Notes under the pieces: generated by a model | The model's database searches: none | What the model saw: only the letters and a program-made list of their open reading frames with translations | Told to the model about the DNA's origin: nothing | In this document: piece after piece, positions 12,236-28,356 of the stretch | Numbering within the stretch: position 1 is the stretch's first letter | How the letters are laid out: each line of letters starts with the position of its first letter | Assembly (NCBI GenBank): GCA_964016885.1 | Contig: OZ024747.1 | Span: 76,012,001 to 76,076,000, forward strand | Origin: Eledone cirrhosa | Lineage: Eukaryota | Direction of reading: 5' to 3' | Length of the DNA: 64,000 nt | Program-made: the position numbers and the translations under genes

Positions 12236-14043
12236 TTACCTCTCTGCGTCCCGGGTATCGGGCTGCACAATTTCCATTAGGGTGGGGGATGGGTTGTTGC
12301 GTGGGGTGGGGATTTGTGGAGGTGTAGGGGCATCAGTGTGTTGTGTGGTTGGGGAGTTTGGAGTTATGTGGGTATTTGGGGAGGGGGTGGGGTAGTTTTT
12401 TAGGAGGACGCGGTTAATGGGCCCGACGCAGGGGGGACCCACGTCCTCTTTAAAGTTGTTTTTTAAAGTTTTATAGGTGTCCTGTGGAGCCTTAATCATT
12501 TTGAGGTGGGGGAAATCCCCTGCCTGGGTGAAGTTAGGCCCTTGGGTTTTTATTAGATTGTTGTTGTACACAATGTTTAACAGTTTTTTGTTTCTTGTGT
12601 TTATGTATGTGTATGCATGTTTTTGTTTTTGTGTGGTGTTTTTTGTTTGCTGTTGTTGTGAGCTCTTTTGTGTTGGTGTCAGTGTTATGTTTTGGGGAGG
12701 GGTTGTTTTCATTTGTGTGTCTGAGGTGTGTTTTCTTTTTTTTTCTTTTGATTGTGTGGAAGTGCTCCTCCTCGTCTGACGACGAATTAGGGTCATCTTC
12801 CGCGTTGGAGGGGAGGGGGTATATTTTCGGGTTGTGTTTGCGGTGCGGGTGTTTTGGAAATTGTTTTTGCTTTTTGAGTGGGGGGATGGGTTGGACATTG
12901 TTTTGTTTGGTTTGAGCTGTGGTGGTTGTTTTTGTAGTGGTAGTTGTGGTGATTGTGTTGGTTGTGCAGTTGTGGGTGGTGTAGGCAGGATTGGGGTTTT
13001 CTTATTAAGTTGGGGACAGACAGCCCTCAGGTGACCTCTGGTTCCGCAGAGGTAACACGAGGGCCGCCTACCCTCAACGGTAATGTTGATGAAAGTTTGA
13101 TCATCCAGTATGACGCGTTCAGGGATCTGGGCGATCCTTTCGGGCTTCATTTGAACTACAAGTTCGAGGCTCGTTCCACTGAACGCGTCACCCGATGCCT
13201 TTCCCATGGACACCAGCGTGTCATCATCCAGGTGCAGGAAACCTGTCAAAACCCACCATATGTCCATAATCGGCAGGATGGTGTGGATTTTTATTTTTTG
13301 TATTCTTCTACCCATGTACGTAGGGTAGAAGGTGTATGCGGTGGATGTGATTGGTTTGATGGACAGTTTCACTGCTGTGTCCCTGTCCTTCATGAGAATG
13401 GATAGACTGCCGTAGAGTTTATCCTTCTGAATGAAGGTGATGTCCTTCATGACGTCTTTTAAAACCAGCTCTATCTCACTCTGTGATGGTTGAGCTGGTT
13501 TTTTGCTTTTATTCGAGATTGTCCTAAACATGACAGTGTTTAGGAGTCTCTGGCTTTTTAGTTCCGGGGGGGGGGGGGATGGATCGTGAATGAACCATTT
13601 TCCCCGTACACTATATATTTTTTGGCATCTGCCAGTAGCTTCTTCGCTTTGGTTATATCTACTGTCAGATAGTCGAGGGTTTTCCTTGCCGTCTCGGAGA
13701 AGGAGACATTTTTTTTGTTTGTGTTGCTGTTGTAGTTGGTGGTGTTGTTGTTATCATTGTTGTTGTTATCACAGTTATTGGTCTTGTTGTTGTTGTTATT
13801 GTTATTGGTGTTGTTTTCGTCCGTCGCATTGTTGTTGTTGTTGCTGTTGCTGGTGCCGCTGGTTCTTTGGTTTGTTGCCATGGCAACGTCAAGTTGTCGG
13901 TCAACAGGTGGAGAAAATCCTTCCTCTGGCTGACCTTTCGTTTTGACCTCTGCTACTGTGACAGTGGCAGGGGGAAGCTGTAAGCTTATCTTCTCCTTTC
14001 CTCCTTCGAATTTTGGTGAAGATGCTTCAGCCATTTTTATCAT
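12236..14043 (-). pseudogene. Tx1 ORF1 (gag-like, CCHC zinc knuckle), split near the G-run at ~13570
   Basis: CYLCGTRGHLRAVC knuckle, Asn-rich N-terminus, Pro/Thr/Gln-rich tail; directly upstream of ORF2. The homopolymer break could be a sequencing error. Confidence 0.82.
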
Positions 14044-16845
14044 AAAAGCATTTTTCGAAATTTTTCGAAAGTTTAAATTTTTACAACACTATTTCGCCTA
14101 AAGGCGTAGAATATTTTGAGAGACTGACCAGATCAAAATTTGACCCGGCAGTCTCTCTACAAAATGGTACAAAAATGAAATTTTACAGTTCACAATTTCC
14201 AGATAAATTTAAACGAAACTTACCGAGCGAGCTCAGCACATGTGTCTATCCCAGATAGATAGGTGATAGACAGAGATAGATAGATAGGTAGATAGATAGA
14301 TAGAGAGAGTACGGAGACGAATGAGTAAAGAAGAGAGAGAATGAGATAAGTCAAATGATAATTGTGGAACCAAATAATTTTAATTTCAGATTTCTTGAAG
14401 CATAATAATTAATATAACATTTTCCCCCCAATTTAACCTTGATTTAATGAAATGATATTACAAAACCTTATACATTGTCATATGTGTTGCAGTTTAAGTC
14501 GCAGGAACAAAAATATTACAGCAGTAAATTACATACACTATGCACTTAAGGGCTGAACATAATGTTATAAATTGATTGCAATAATAATATATTCATATTG
14601 GGAATTGTATAGTGCTTTTAATGACTTTCAATTAAGAATTGGTACGTATTTTATCGACTTTCCGACTGAGAGATCCTTGCCGTGGTAACAAAAGCACACA
14701 ATACTTCCATATTTACTGCTATTGTTATAATCGTCTCTGCATTTCGCAAACATGATAGCGTTAACCAAAAATATATCAACCCACCCAGATAATTGTGTTG
14801 ACATCTAATGACGTTACACTGGTGTAGGTCACTATTGAAGGGCGTGCACAACAGTTCCATGCCAGCGCCATGGATATACGTATAATAATATATTTGATTA
14901 TGTAACTTCTGTCTTAACGTTTATTTCATACATGATAGCTCCCTAACGTTTGATCACCACCTCTTATCTGCAGTGATAAATTGATATGAAGTGTTCTACC
15001 TATTTAAACCCGTTTGTCAACGAGAAGTCATTACGCAACGTTTACGTGTAAACAACACAAACAACACACCAACTACCAACTATATATATATATATATAGA
15101 GAGAGATGAATAAAGTTAGTCCTTCATCAGTGATCTTCTAACCATCATTGGTATTTCATCGCTTTAAAGACCATATACCTCCGGTTGGTTCGAGCAACGG
15201 CTAAAAAAAGTCGTTGGGACACGTAAATAAAGGGGACACGAGAGTGTAAACAAACAAAGATGGTGAAGCAACGAAAGGTGAGGAAGAAGGAGTCAAGTCC
15301 CAAATTTCCATGAATATAAGTTCGGTGAAATCGTGAACGAGAGAGAATAAAGACCATCAAACCTGGTTGGAATGTGAGCAAGGAAGGAATTCCGTACAGG
15401 TCAAACGGGAGGAATAAGGAATCTAGTCTTTGAATTCGGTGAACATAAGTTCTGTGAAATCGTAGACGAGAGAGAGAAAAAAAAGCGAACCTGCCTGACC
15501 AAGGGTGCGAAAGAAAAGAATTACGCACAGGTCAAACGGGAAGAAGGAGGAGGAGGAGAGGTAGTAACAGAGAGTGAGTGAGTGAAGGGTGAGGAAGAGG
15601 CTAACAGAGAGAGTGACTGTTAGAGAGGGGATGAGGCTAACAGAGAGAGTGACTGTTAGATATATATATATATATATATAAAACTCCATTTCTCTATTGC
15701 TAATAAAGCTAGTCGAAAGCTTTTCTTTGAGGCTGTGTACACATGATTGCGTGTGTGTTTCTTCTGCTAAAGACTTAATTTCATCAGTTTCAAAGATTTA
15801 AAATTGTCGTATGTATATTTATTTTGAATCGTTGTATTTACTGACGTTGTACAAGTCAAGTTTGATATATTACAATAGAATGGAGGGCATTTCTTTTCTT
15901 GTTGTTATCATACAAGATTTTTCTCAATACTCTCAGCAAACATCAGTACCGGAAAATTTCCACCAGATACTTTTTACCAGATTTATGCAGCCACTTTATA
16001 ATTTCTTTCAAGAGAGATAAGAAACACCCACCAAACAGCATTAAATTGCTAAAAATCTCAATTATCTCGGTTTTATGCTAAATTAATTTCCATTTTTCTA
16101 ATGAATTATTCTTTAAATTTATTTGCAATTCATTTCCTGTTTTTAATGTCTACCACTGAGAATACTGTAGAACTGATTATAATTTCACATATCCGTTTTT
16201 AAATAATCTACGCAATTTTGATAGTGTCATTAAATCCACTTTTCCTGTACACAGTTGACAACCAAGGATTGGTTATTAGCTTCGTTGACGTCAATAGCTA
16301 AGATATCTAAAATTAATGAGGAGTAACTTTTAGTTCCTTCTTCAAACTGCAGAGGCGCTGTTACGATCGCAAAGCACACTTCAACTAATGATCGAATGAG
16401 GTAGTGTTGAAGACATTGCACGATCTGCGAAAAATATTAACCATATTTCTTTCAAATCACACCCTGCTGCCTTAAAATGTAAAGAACACATGTTGTGTAA
16501 TGTAATTCCAGTATTTATACATGCAATAGAAAAGAAGGATGAGCACAAATAGAAAGTCTTTGATAATAGTTCTGCTGCTCGCTCAAAGGTTAACGACAAC
16601 AACACCACCACCACCACCACCACCACCACCACCACCACCAACAACAACAACACCACCACCAACACCAACAACAAAAACAACACTTCAATTACAGGTTGCA
16701 TCTACAGGTTTCCTCTACAGTTAAGTAAGTATAATTACTTAACTGTAATGTAAGAAGAGCTCAATGCAGATACTTGGAGAGAATACAAACCAATGATCCT
16801 TGGGATGGTCGCATATTATTTTTATAATAGTGTACCCCTTCATCA

Positions 16846-17037
16846 TAATTGTTTCTACCATTTGGCACAAGGCCAGCAATTATCCCAGTACATTACTGGT
16901 ACTTTATTTTATCGACCCCGTAAGGATGAAAGGCAAAGTTAACCTCGGCGGGATTTGAACTCAGATCATAAAGGCCCGTAACTATATACTGCAAAGCATG
17001 GCGTCCAACTCCCGTCCAACCCCTACCGATACTACCA
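16846..17037 (-). mobile_element. SINE family A copy
   Basis: Shared ~190-bp sequence with GAGTTCAAATCC B-box and core CTTTGCCTTTCATCCTTACGGGGTCGATAAAATAAAGTACCAG. Confidence 0.8.
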
Positions 17038-17394
17038 AGGGATTACTATGTTAGACATGACATTCATCCAGGATAGAAGGGCTTAGGTGCAGACATGGCT
17101 GTCTAGTTAAGACGATCACATCGTAAACATGAGATTTCTTGATATGATCTCAAACCCCGATATGATGCACGCCCCAGATGATTTTCGTAGAACCAGGCCA
17201 AATATGAAATTTAGGTGAAAATTGAAATTGTACATTGTACATATATATCTTATTATATTAAATTTTCTGTAAATATATACTTGCGAAAACAGAATTTTTT
17301 AAAAGTCAGTATGCATGTGTGTGAGTAGCTGAATACATGCACGGGCGTGTGTGAAGAGAGGGTGTGGGCCTGTGTGTGTGCATATGTGCATATG

Positions 17395-17965
17395 ATGTGT
17401 GTGAGAGAGGCTGTCGGCTTCCGTGTGTGTGCAAATGTGCATATGTATGTGTGTGAGAGAGGCTGTCGGCTTCCGTGTGTGTGCAAATGTGCATATGTAT
17501 GTGTGTGAGAGAGGCTGTCGGCTTCCGTGTGTGTGCAAATGTGCATATGTATGTGTGTGAGAGAGGCTGTCGGCTTCCGTGTGTGTGCAAATGTGCATAT
17601 GTATGTGTGTGAGAGAGGCTGTCGGCTTCCGTGTGTGTGCAAATGTGCATATGTATGTGTGTGAGAGAGGCTGTCGGCTTCCGTGTGTGTGCAAATGTGC
17701 ATATGTATGTGTGTGAGAGAGGCTGTCGGCTTCCGTGTGTGTGCAAATGTGCATATGTATGTGTGTGAGAGAGGCTGTCGGCTTCCGTGTGTGTGCAAAT
17801 GTGCATATGTATGTGTGTGAGAGAGGCTGTCGGCTTCCGTGTGTGTGCATATGTGCATATGTATGTGTGTGAGAGAGGCTGTCGGCTTCCGTGTGTGTGC
17901 AAATGTGCATATGTATGTGTGTGAGAGAGGCTGTCGGTTTCCGTGTGTGCATATGTGCATATGTA
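17395..17965. repeat. 52-bp minisatellite, ~11 near-identical units
   Basis: GTGAGAGAGGCTGTCGGCTTCCGTGTG... recurs at 17401, 17453 ... 17921. Confidence 0.95.
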
Positions 17966-18181
17966 CATATGTATGTGCGTGTGTGAGTGTGTATGCATGC
18001 ATGTGTGTATGTGTAAGTATCTATATGTGTGTATCAGTGTGTTAACTCACGCAAAGAAGACATAAACGTGTTCAAGATGATAAGAGGAAGCAGAAAGGTA
18101 AGATAGACATCCTAGAAATAAAACATGTTTCTAGCACAACGATAGGAATAACACTGACTCCGTTGACAGCGTTAATAATTG

Positions 18182-18240
<59 letters not shown>

Positions 18241-18310
18241 GAATCTGGTGGGATTAAATCCCGAGTATATATATATTACATATATATATAAATTATATAT
18301 AATGTGTGTG

Positions 18311-18349
<39 letters not shown>

Positions 18350-18453
18350 TTGCAAGGTTTTTGATATGAAATCGTGTGTCGAAACAAATATTGTTATACA
18401 GAAGCGAAAGCCAACCAAACAGTGAGTGTGTTCTGTCATTATTTCCGGCAATA

Positions 18454-18638
18454 GGGCGGTGGATTGGCAGTATCGGTAGAGGGTCGGACGCCATGCTTTC
18501 CAACATAGTTACGTCCCTTTACGATCTGAGTTCAAATCCTGCCGAGGCTGACTTTGCCTTTCATCCTTACGGGGTCGATAGAATTAAGTACCAGTAATGC
18601 ACTGGTTAATTGCTGGCCTTGTGCCTAAACTAGAAACA
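18454..18638 (+). mobile_element. SINE family A, full copy with 16-bp TSD
   Basis: TGGCAGTATCGG A-box-like, GAGTTCAAATCC B-box; ATTATTTCCGGCAATA at 18438-18453 and 18639-18654. Confidence 0.9.
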
Positions 18639-18727
18639 ATTATTTCCGGCAATATTATTACAACAATATGACCCTCCCCAAGTATATCAATATATTATAT
18701 ATATATATATATATTTTTTTTTTAAAT

Positions 18728-18758
<31 letters not shown>

Positions 18759-18810
18759 TTAAAATAACAGATTAATGTTTAAGCAAAGAATCGCTGCTTT
18801 CACCCTTAAC

Positions 18811-19290
18811 GTACTTTATTTTATTTAACGTACTTTATTTTATCGACCATGTAAGTATGAAAAGCAAAGTTAACCTCGGTGGGATTTGAACTCAGACCAT
18901 AATGGGCCGTAACTCTTTGCTATAAAGGATGGCATCAGACCCTCTATCGATACTGCCAATCTACCAGAAATAATTGTTTCAACTTTTGGCACAAGGCTAG
19001 CAATAACCCAGTACATTACTGGTACTTTATTTTATCGACCCCGTATGGATGAAAGGTAAAGTTAACCTCGGCGAGATTTGAACTCAGGTCATAAAGGGAC
19101 GTACCAGAAATAATGCACGGCAATTCATCCTACACTCTAACTACTTTGCCAATCCATAGCTTCAGACTTTTACATTATTTTATCGATCCGAAAGCATGAA
19201 AAGTGGAGTTAAATTCAGCGGTTTTTGTACTCAGTGAGTAGACAACTTAAATAAATAATGCAAAGAATCTTGCCATACGCTCTAAAGATT
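18811..19290 (-). mobile_element. Cluster of 2-3 SINE family A copies
   Basis: GTACTTTATTTTATCGACC..GAAAGG.AAAGTTAACCTCGG core repeated. Confidence 0.78.
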
Positions 19291-19389
19291 ATACTAGCTT
19301 TCTAGCTAGGGAAATAAAATCAATATTGTAACGTGTGGAATCGGGGGTTACCAGAGGTTACACAAACATTGGAAAAAATGGCAGTAAAT

Positions 19390-19600
19390 TTCACAAGAAT
19401 ATTTGAGATTTGGTTTTTATTTTTATGGTCACTAATGAAGCAATATATATGTGTTGGTTATGTGAAGAGACATTTGGAAATGATGCAATGAAGCCCTCAA
19501 AGATGAAAGACTATCTTGAGATGATGCATTCACACCAGTAACAAATATTTTCAATACATTGAATAAAAGGTTTGGAAAACTTTCAATATTAATGTTTGTT
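19390..19600 (+). pseudogene. hAT (Charlie/Buster-like) transposase N-terminal BED-finger relic
   Basis: Hand translation: EYLRFGF / ..MCWLCEETFGNDAMKPSKMKDYLEMMH, matching the CxxC..SNEAMKPS.L..HL...H signature. Confidence 0.7.
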
Positions 19601-19851
19601 TCTTAAGTCCCCATCTTATATTTAAAAGGGAGACAAAGGTTTCTCACAGTATATCCTTTAACATACCAAAATAAAAAAGGATGCAACATAGATATGGAGT
19701 GAATACTATTACACTAACTGTGATGAAGATCATAAAAGTTTATGAGGAAGGATTTGAACCGATATCTAAGGTTATATTTTTTAGCAGCAATAGAGTAAAA
19801 CGCCATATTTATGAGATTCTGAAAATGTGAAAACATCAGAACTTTAATAAT

Positions 19852-20037
19852 TGTTTCTACTATTGGCACAAGGCCAGCAATTATACAGTGCATTACTGGT
19901 ACTTTATTTTATCGACCCCCGTAAGGATGAAAGGCAAAGTTAACCTCGGCGGGATTTGAACTCAGATCATAAAGGGAGGTAACTCTATGCTTCAAAGCAT
20001 GGCGCCCGACCCTCTACCGATACTGCCAATCCACCGC
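19852..20037 (-). mobile_element. SINE family A with TSD GAACTTTAATAAT
   Basis: Family sequence; TSD at 19839-19851 and 20048-20060. Confidence 0.88.
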
Positions 20038-20407
20038 CTTTAATAACGAACTTTAATAATGTAAGTTTTCTATTCAGTTGGATAGAGGTTTAATATCATG
20101 ATCTATTTAAATTATTTGAATTACTGCATTCCTCGTTAAAATGGAGTATTTGTGAAAAATATCATTCTTACTAATATTACGATAGTTGCTTCTATGGGAC
20201 CCAAAAGACACGTACTGGTGTTAAATTGTTAAGTTAGTCTTCGCGTGATTGGACTAATTTCATTTCAAAACGTAGGGAGACAGAAATCTTCTGCAAGAAA
20301 AACACACACAACTTGTAGCAAAGAGACTGAAAAAAACGAAGGGTTTTATGAGTGGAATTAGGGGGTGATGATTTAAAAGAAAGAGAGAGACACACAGACA
20401 ATGGAGA

Positions 20408-20447
<40 letters not shown>

Positions 20448-20466
20448 ATAAATATGTATATGTATG

Positions 20467-20546
<80 letters not shown>

Positions 20547-20764
20547 TATATATATATATGTGCATGTTTATGTGTGTGCGTGTGTATGTGTCTGAGTGTG
20601 TGTTTATGTGTGTGTGTGTGTATGTGTCTGAGTGTGTGTTTTTCTTTGTGTAGTCATTTTTAGACAAAACACTTCAGTATTTCTTCCTAGCTTTACTATC
20701 TTGCATCTATTGTACCTCTGTCTGTCACACACACACACACGCACACACACACACACACACCACG

Positions 20765-20848
<84 letters not shown>

Positions 20849-20876
20849 ACGCGCACACACACACACACACACCACG

Positions 20877-20918
<42 letters not shown>

Positions 20919-20935
20919 AATATATATATATAGAG
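20408..20935. repeat. Compound (TA)n/(TG)n/(CA)n microsatellites
   Basis: Direct inspection. Confidence 0.9.
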
Positions 20936-21625
20936 AGAGGCAAGATGAGAGATAAAGACAATGATGACACATTTTAACGAAGAAGACGAATTTAACACTT
21001 TTCAGATCAGAGCTCTATCGTTTCTGCACTGTAAACTTTCTATAAATATTTCGTTATTTCAACAGACAGCATGAAGGTGTTTTCGGTACTTTCCAACAAT
21101 CACAACTAAATCTCGGCACGCTATTCAAAGACACATTGACTCACACAAAGTCAGAGACAGACGGATGCATACATAGAGAGATATAACAGATACATTATTA
21201 CATATAATAAACTGATGCTCTAGTTGAAGACTATCGATCGGATTCAAGTTTAACTATTCGATCTAAAAACTGTCCTGTAAAGTCATATCATTCATTCACC
21301 TGGTTACATACACCTCGCTTAATCTGTGATAAACAGCAGCTTCCTTTCCATCACGTTACCTTCAGAAGTCCAAAGAAAATAACAAGTAAGATAACGTAAT
21401 TTCAGAAAAGATGGTGTGATGATAGTCGCTGGAATAGTTTGACTAACCAATAACAACAGCAACATCAGAGCTTTATTAGTACTCTTACTGAAGAGAGGGT
21501 ATATATTCTGGCAGTTAAGCTGAAGAGAAATACTCACACTTCTGCAAATTCTCCTATGTCCGAGAACAAATAACTCGGTTAGATGTTACTTCACAGCTGA
21601 TGTTATGCAGGCATCTGCAAATAAT

Positions 21626-21808
21626 TATTTCTACTTTTGACACAAGGCCAGCAAATTACCCAGTACATTACTGGTACTTTATTTTATCGACCCCGTAAGG
21701 ATGAAAGGCAAAGTTAACCTTAGAGGGATTTGAACTCAGATCATAAAGGGACGTAACTATGCTGGAAAGCATGTCCCACCCTCTACCAATACTGCCAATT
21801 CACCTCCC
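21626..21808 (-). mobile_element. SINE family A with TSD ATCTGCAAATAAT
   Basis: Family sequence and flanking direct repeat. Confidence 0.85.
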
Positions 21809-22739
21809 TATCTGCAAAGGTATCTGCAAATAATGTCGCCATATATGAGAGACACTAACCACTGTTTTTTTTTATTTAAAAATGTGTGTGTGTGTGTGAG
21901 AGAGAGAGAGAAAGAGTGCATGTGTGTATATATATATATGTGTGTGTGTGTTACCTTTCTAAATTCGTTATATATATATATACAGATCAATAATGCACAG
22001 CGTATGTGTGTATATGTGTGGCGTCCGAACGAGTTTCCTCCACCTCCATATAACTTACACCCCACATTTGGAATCAAATTCGAAGAGAAAGAGAACTAAA
22101 CTCTACATATGCTAAATGCTTCACTAAATTCTCCACAATAAGAATGGCAAAACCGATTATATGAGAATTGGTTAAAAAGCTCATAGACTGACCAATATAC
22201 TCTCATGGAATGACCAAATGAGGTTTATTTTTTCACATAGTCCCTGGAAAGAAACAGGAAAGTTATTAATCAGAAGAGTTGAAATTAATGCATGCAACAT
22301 TTCACAGCTCTAACATCAATCTTTCATAGTCAGTCTATGAACTACTGAGCCTATCCTCGTATAGCATGACGACATCGGCCTAAGTCATCCTTTAGTGGGA
22401 TGGAAGCCGGAACTGTTAGTGTGCAAAGCAAAGTAAATGTCTTATCAAAGAGCCGAGAGTGGCGAGGAAACATTTAACATATAATTCCATCTGTGTCAAG
22501 AGCTGATTATCACAAGATTATTAAAACTGTATCATGTTTATAAATAATTGACTCATTCATTACACATGAGACAAGAATTAAGAGAAACCGTGAACACTAT
22601 ACAATGATACATTACTTTTTACATACATACTCTGTGTAACTACAGAGATATCTAACCACCAATCTATCCCTTTACATTCCACATATGACAGGCATGAAAG
22701 TTGTGGAACCACCATTAACGTTACCGTAACCATCATTAA

Positions 22740-23110
22740 TATAATCATCATCATCATCATCACCATCGTCATCATCATTATCATCATCATCATTGTCATC
22801 ATCATCATTGTCATCATCACCATCATCATTATCGTCATCTCATCATCATCATCATCATCATCATTATCGTCATCTCATCATCACCATCATCATCATCATC
22901 ACCATCATCACCATCACCATCGTTATAATCATCATCATCATCATCATCATTATCATCATCAGCATAGTCATCGTCGTGGTCGTGGTCGACGTTGTCATCA
23001 TCATCATCAACACCTCTCCCACAAAAACTACCCATAATGTAAACCACCCTAATCCATCCAACCCTACACCTCCTCACCCATCCACCTCTCCTATTTCCCA
23101 GCCTCCTCAC

Positions 23111-23152
<42 letters not shown>

Positions 23153-23350
23153 TATCATCGTCACCATCGTCATCGTCGCCACCGACATTGTCATCATCAT
23201 CAACACCAATCCCACAACCAACACCACCCATATAATATTCCACCCCAAATACATCTCACCCGCCACCTCCCTACTATCCCCGCCGCCCTTTTATATGCTC
23301 TACATCAGCATCATCACCATTATCGTCATCAACATCAGCACCACCACTAC
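22740..23350. repeat. Degenerate (CAT)n microsatellite
   Basis: Direct inspection; explains the poly-His/Met/Ile ORFs. Confidence 0.9.
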
Positions 23351-23587
23351 CACTCTAAACAACAACATCATTGTCGATGTGATACACTTAGCCTGACACG
23401 TGGTTATGAATATCATTAATGAAGAGATCTTTTACAGCAGAGATAGCAAGTTATTAATGAGGGGAGAGAAGCTATCCACAGGCGTAGATCGGAGCTTGAT
23501 AAACAGATGCACCAGCCGAAGATAGCTACTGCATATCTACACCATCAGATATATATATTACTGTAACATTCCCAAAGCATACACTCC

Positions 23588-25034
23588 TCATATATATATA
23601 TATAAAACGGTAGATGTCTGTCTGTGTGTGTGTATGATTTTTATGCATTTCCACATTTCTCTACCGATTTTGATGGTTTTTTTCCAATGTGCTCCAAATT
23701 TACCAACGATGGTCAACGCGTAATAAACTTTGCCAAAAACTTCCTGCTTCTATGAACATTTTTTATAAAACTAAATACTTGCTGTAACCCTCTCTCTTAC
23801 ATGCTTATTCACTCTCTCTACTACCCAACAGCGACAAAACTTCGTTCAGGAACGCGACATAAACTTTGAAAACTAGGGCAACACATTTTATACAACAACA
23901 AACATAGTCATAACGCTCTCTCAGTCGCTCTTCCCTCTCTCTATAATAGATCAATCCCCTCTCTATAATTTAACTGCTTTACTCTCTTCATGATTTGAGG
24001 TTTAACACACCTCCCTATAGTTTCTTAGCTTTACTCTCTCCGTCGCTTTTCCCTCTCTGTATAATAGATTACTCCCCCTCTCTAAAATTTAACTGATTTA
24101 CTCTCTTTGTCGCTCTTCACTCTATATATATGACAACACTGTTTTGCACACCTCCCTATAGTTTCTTAGCTTTACTCTCTCCATCGCTCTTCCCTCTCTC
24201 TATAATAGATTATTCCCCCTCTCTATAATTTAACTGCTGGGGGAGTCATTGGAGTTCCGTATTGACATACTCTTTTCTTGGGTATTTTAAATCGGCTTAT
24301 TGCAAATAACAACCCGCAAAATAACACTTCATATAACAGATTAATGCTATAGACATATGAATCGGAATGTTTAAATTATTTATTTTTTACGACTTTAATT
24401 GGTTAAATATTAATATGATAACACCCATAGTGTTGTACTTCTGGCAATTCTGCCGAATACACTACCAAGGATGAACATTTTCCACTCAACGTCAGATATC
24501 CGGTTCGATTTCCGGCGATCCCGGTGAGACCATGTTTTGCCATGTCCATTAACAAGTCACAAGGGCAAATATTGTCGGTGGCGGGTATCCATTTGGGGGA
24601 GCCATGGTTCTCCCATGGCCAACTTTATGTTGCCTGTTCCCGCGTAGGGAGCAGGAATTGACTTTTTGCTTACACTCCTCAAGGAATGACACGCAATATC
24701 GTCTACAAAGAGGTGCTATAGATGTTGGTGCAGGTGTTGGAGGTGTTGGAGCTATGCCGTCTCGAAAAATATTTCCTCGTAGGGTCACCCATGGCGGACA
24801 GATCTGACACCCAGCGGCATCAGGGCCCCCATCTTGCAGTTTGGTCTGCTAAATTCGCTATTGGAAGATTATTAACCCATCATTGATTGTCCAAAATGCT
24901 AATTGGTTCGTAACTTTAAATCAACTGCTTTATGCACTTAATTGATAAGCTTATTCGCTTTCAAGCCACGTTTACCTGTATATAACTTTTCATAGCAAAT
25001 GAACAAACCCGAGCAACGCCGGGTTAAACTGCTA

Positions 25035-25035
<1 letters not shown>
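23588..25035 (+). mobile_element. Internally deleted Helitron
   Basis: 5' TC..(TA)nAAAA..GTCTGTCTGT; internal ~120-bp degenerate repeats 23910-24240; 3' hairpin AACCCGAGCAACGCCGGGTT (25006-25025) then CTAG|T; helicase remnant inside. Confidence 0.9.
24464..24721 (+). pseudogene. Helitron RepHel Pif1-helicase C-terminus (motifs V-VI)
   Basis: Hand translation LPRMNIFHSTSDIRFDFRR / PVRPCFAMSINKSQGQILSVAGIHLGEPWFSHGQLYVACSRVGSRN*LFAYTPQGMTRNIVYKEVL*; absent from the ORF track. Confidence 0.92.
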
Positions 25036-25068
<33 letters not shown>

Positions 25069-25095
25069 GGAGTGTATGCTTTTGGAATGTTACAG

Positions 25096-27030
<1,935 letters not shown>

Positions 27031-27033
<3 letters not shown>

Positions 27034-27610
27034 AGGTCACCAGTACAACCTGTCCCATGATCCGGTCGTTGGCGACTAAACTGGCAACCCCACCAAGGTT
27101 TCTTGGTGAGGAGGGTGACTTTGGACATCATGCAGGACTAAAACAAAACCTGTCAAAGGGCAAAGGAGCTCTTAAGAGTCAATGGCCATCCAAAATCACC
27201 GGGAGAGATGACCCCTTAGCCTTTGTCAAGGCAGAATTCTAGGAGAAGGAAAACTCTGATATAACACCTGCAACCCTGATGGTATCCAATGATGTTGACT
27301 TGTTCTTCTTTTTGGTAAATATCATCTTGGATAAGGGAGTTGGACTGGCTTTGTGCAGTGCCTTTGCTCACTATAAAAGTTTCACGGTACAGGCATTGCT
27401 TTATATCTGGAGATCTCTCTGCACTTGTCGTCACATGGTACCAAGGGCCCAGCACAATGTGTCAATAATTGTCACAGGGGTAGTGTTTGTACCAGAGTTT
27501 TCAAGTCACTGGCTGCACTAAAAAGTCACACTCATTCAGCGCATCGGTAGGGGTTCTCCTACATGGATATATAGTAGTGGCCGTACTCGAAAACGAGTTG
27601 GCAGCCACCA
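27031..27610 (+). mobile_element. Non-autonomous RTE-related element, copy A
   Basis: RTE 5'UTR-like CTAGGAGAAGGAAAACTCTGA; 3' end TGGCCGTACTCGAAAACGAGTTGGCAGCCA resembles the RTE 3' end at 28436-28470. Confidence 0.72.
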
Positions 27611-27686
27611 TATATATAAATATATAACAAATATATTTTTTCGTTGTACTGTGTAGTTTGATTTGGTATTTCTGTTTACTTTTTAA

Positions 27687-27741
<55 letters not shown>

Positions 27742-27753
27742 TACATACATACA

Positions 27754-28356
27754 TGTTGGCTGCCAACTCGTTTTCGAGTACGGCCACTACTTTATATCCA
27801 TGTAGGAGAACCCCTACCGATGCGCTAAACAAGTGTGACTTTTTAGTCCAGCCAGCGACTTGAAAACTCTGGTACAGACACACTACACTTGTGACAATTA
27901 CTGACACATAGTGCTGGGCCCATGGTACCATGTGACCACAAGTGCAGAGAGATCTCCCGATATAAAGCAATGCCTGTGCCGTGAAGCTTTTATCGTGAGC
28001 AAAGGCACTGCACAAAGCCAGTCCCACTCTCTTAACCAAGATGATATATACCAAAAAGAACAAGTCAACATCATTGGATACCATCAGGTTTGCAGGTATT
28101 ATATCTGAGTTTTCCTTCTAGAATTCTGCCTTGACAAAGGCTAAGGGGTCACCTCTCCCGGTGATTTTGGATGGCCATTGACTCTTAAGAGCTCCTTTGC
28201 CCTTTGACAGGTTTTATTTTTAGTCCTACAGGATGTCCAAAGTCACCCTCCTCACTAAGAAACCTTGGTGGGATTGCCAGTTTAGTCGCCAACGGCCCGA
28301 CCATGGGACAGGTTATACTGGAATACATGCTACCAGTAGCACCAACTGGTGACCTG

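Larger units (their letters stand above)
8533..14253 (-). mobile_element. Tx1-like copy 3, full length (ORF1+ORF2), degenerate
   Basis: 5' UTR, ORF1, ORF2 fragments and 3' UTR; (GATA)n on both sides. Confidence 0.92.

Noticed and set aside
741-13946. Many plus-strand ORFs overlapping the Tx1 copies
   Set aside because: Antisense shadows of GC-rich LINE coding sequence
15110-15140. Minus-strand CUGAUGAAGG next to a microsatellite (also CUGAUGAG at ~59550)
   Set aside because: No downstream stem II-GAAA-NUH; half motif only
17395-17965. Regular repeat array resembling CRISPR
   Set aside because: Units are identical along their length with no unique spacers; no cas genes; eukaryotic context
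18454-18545. tRNA gene
   Set aside because: Only A/B-box-like motifs, no cloverleaf; part of a multi-copy SINE with TSDs
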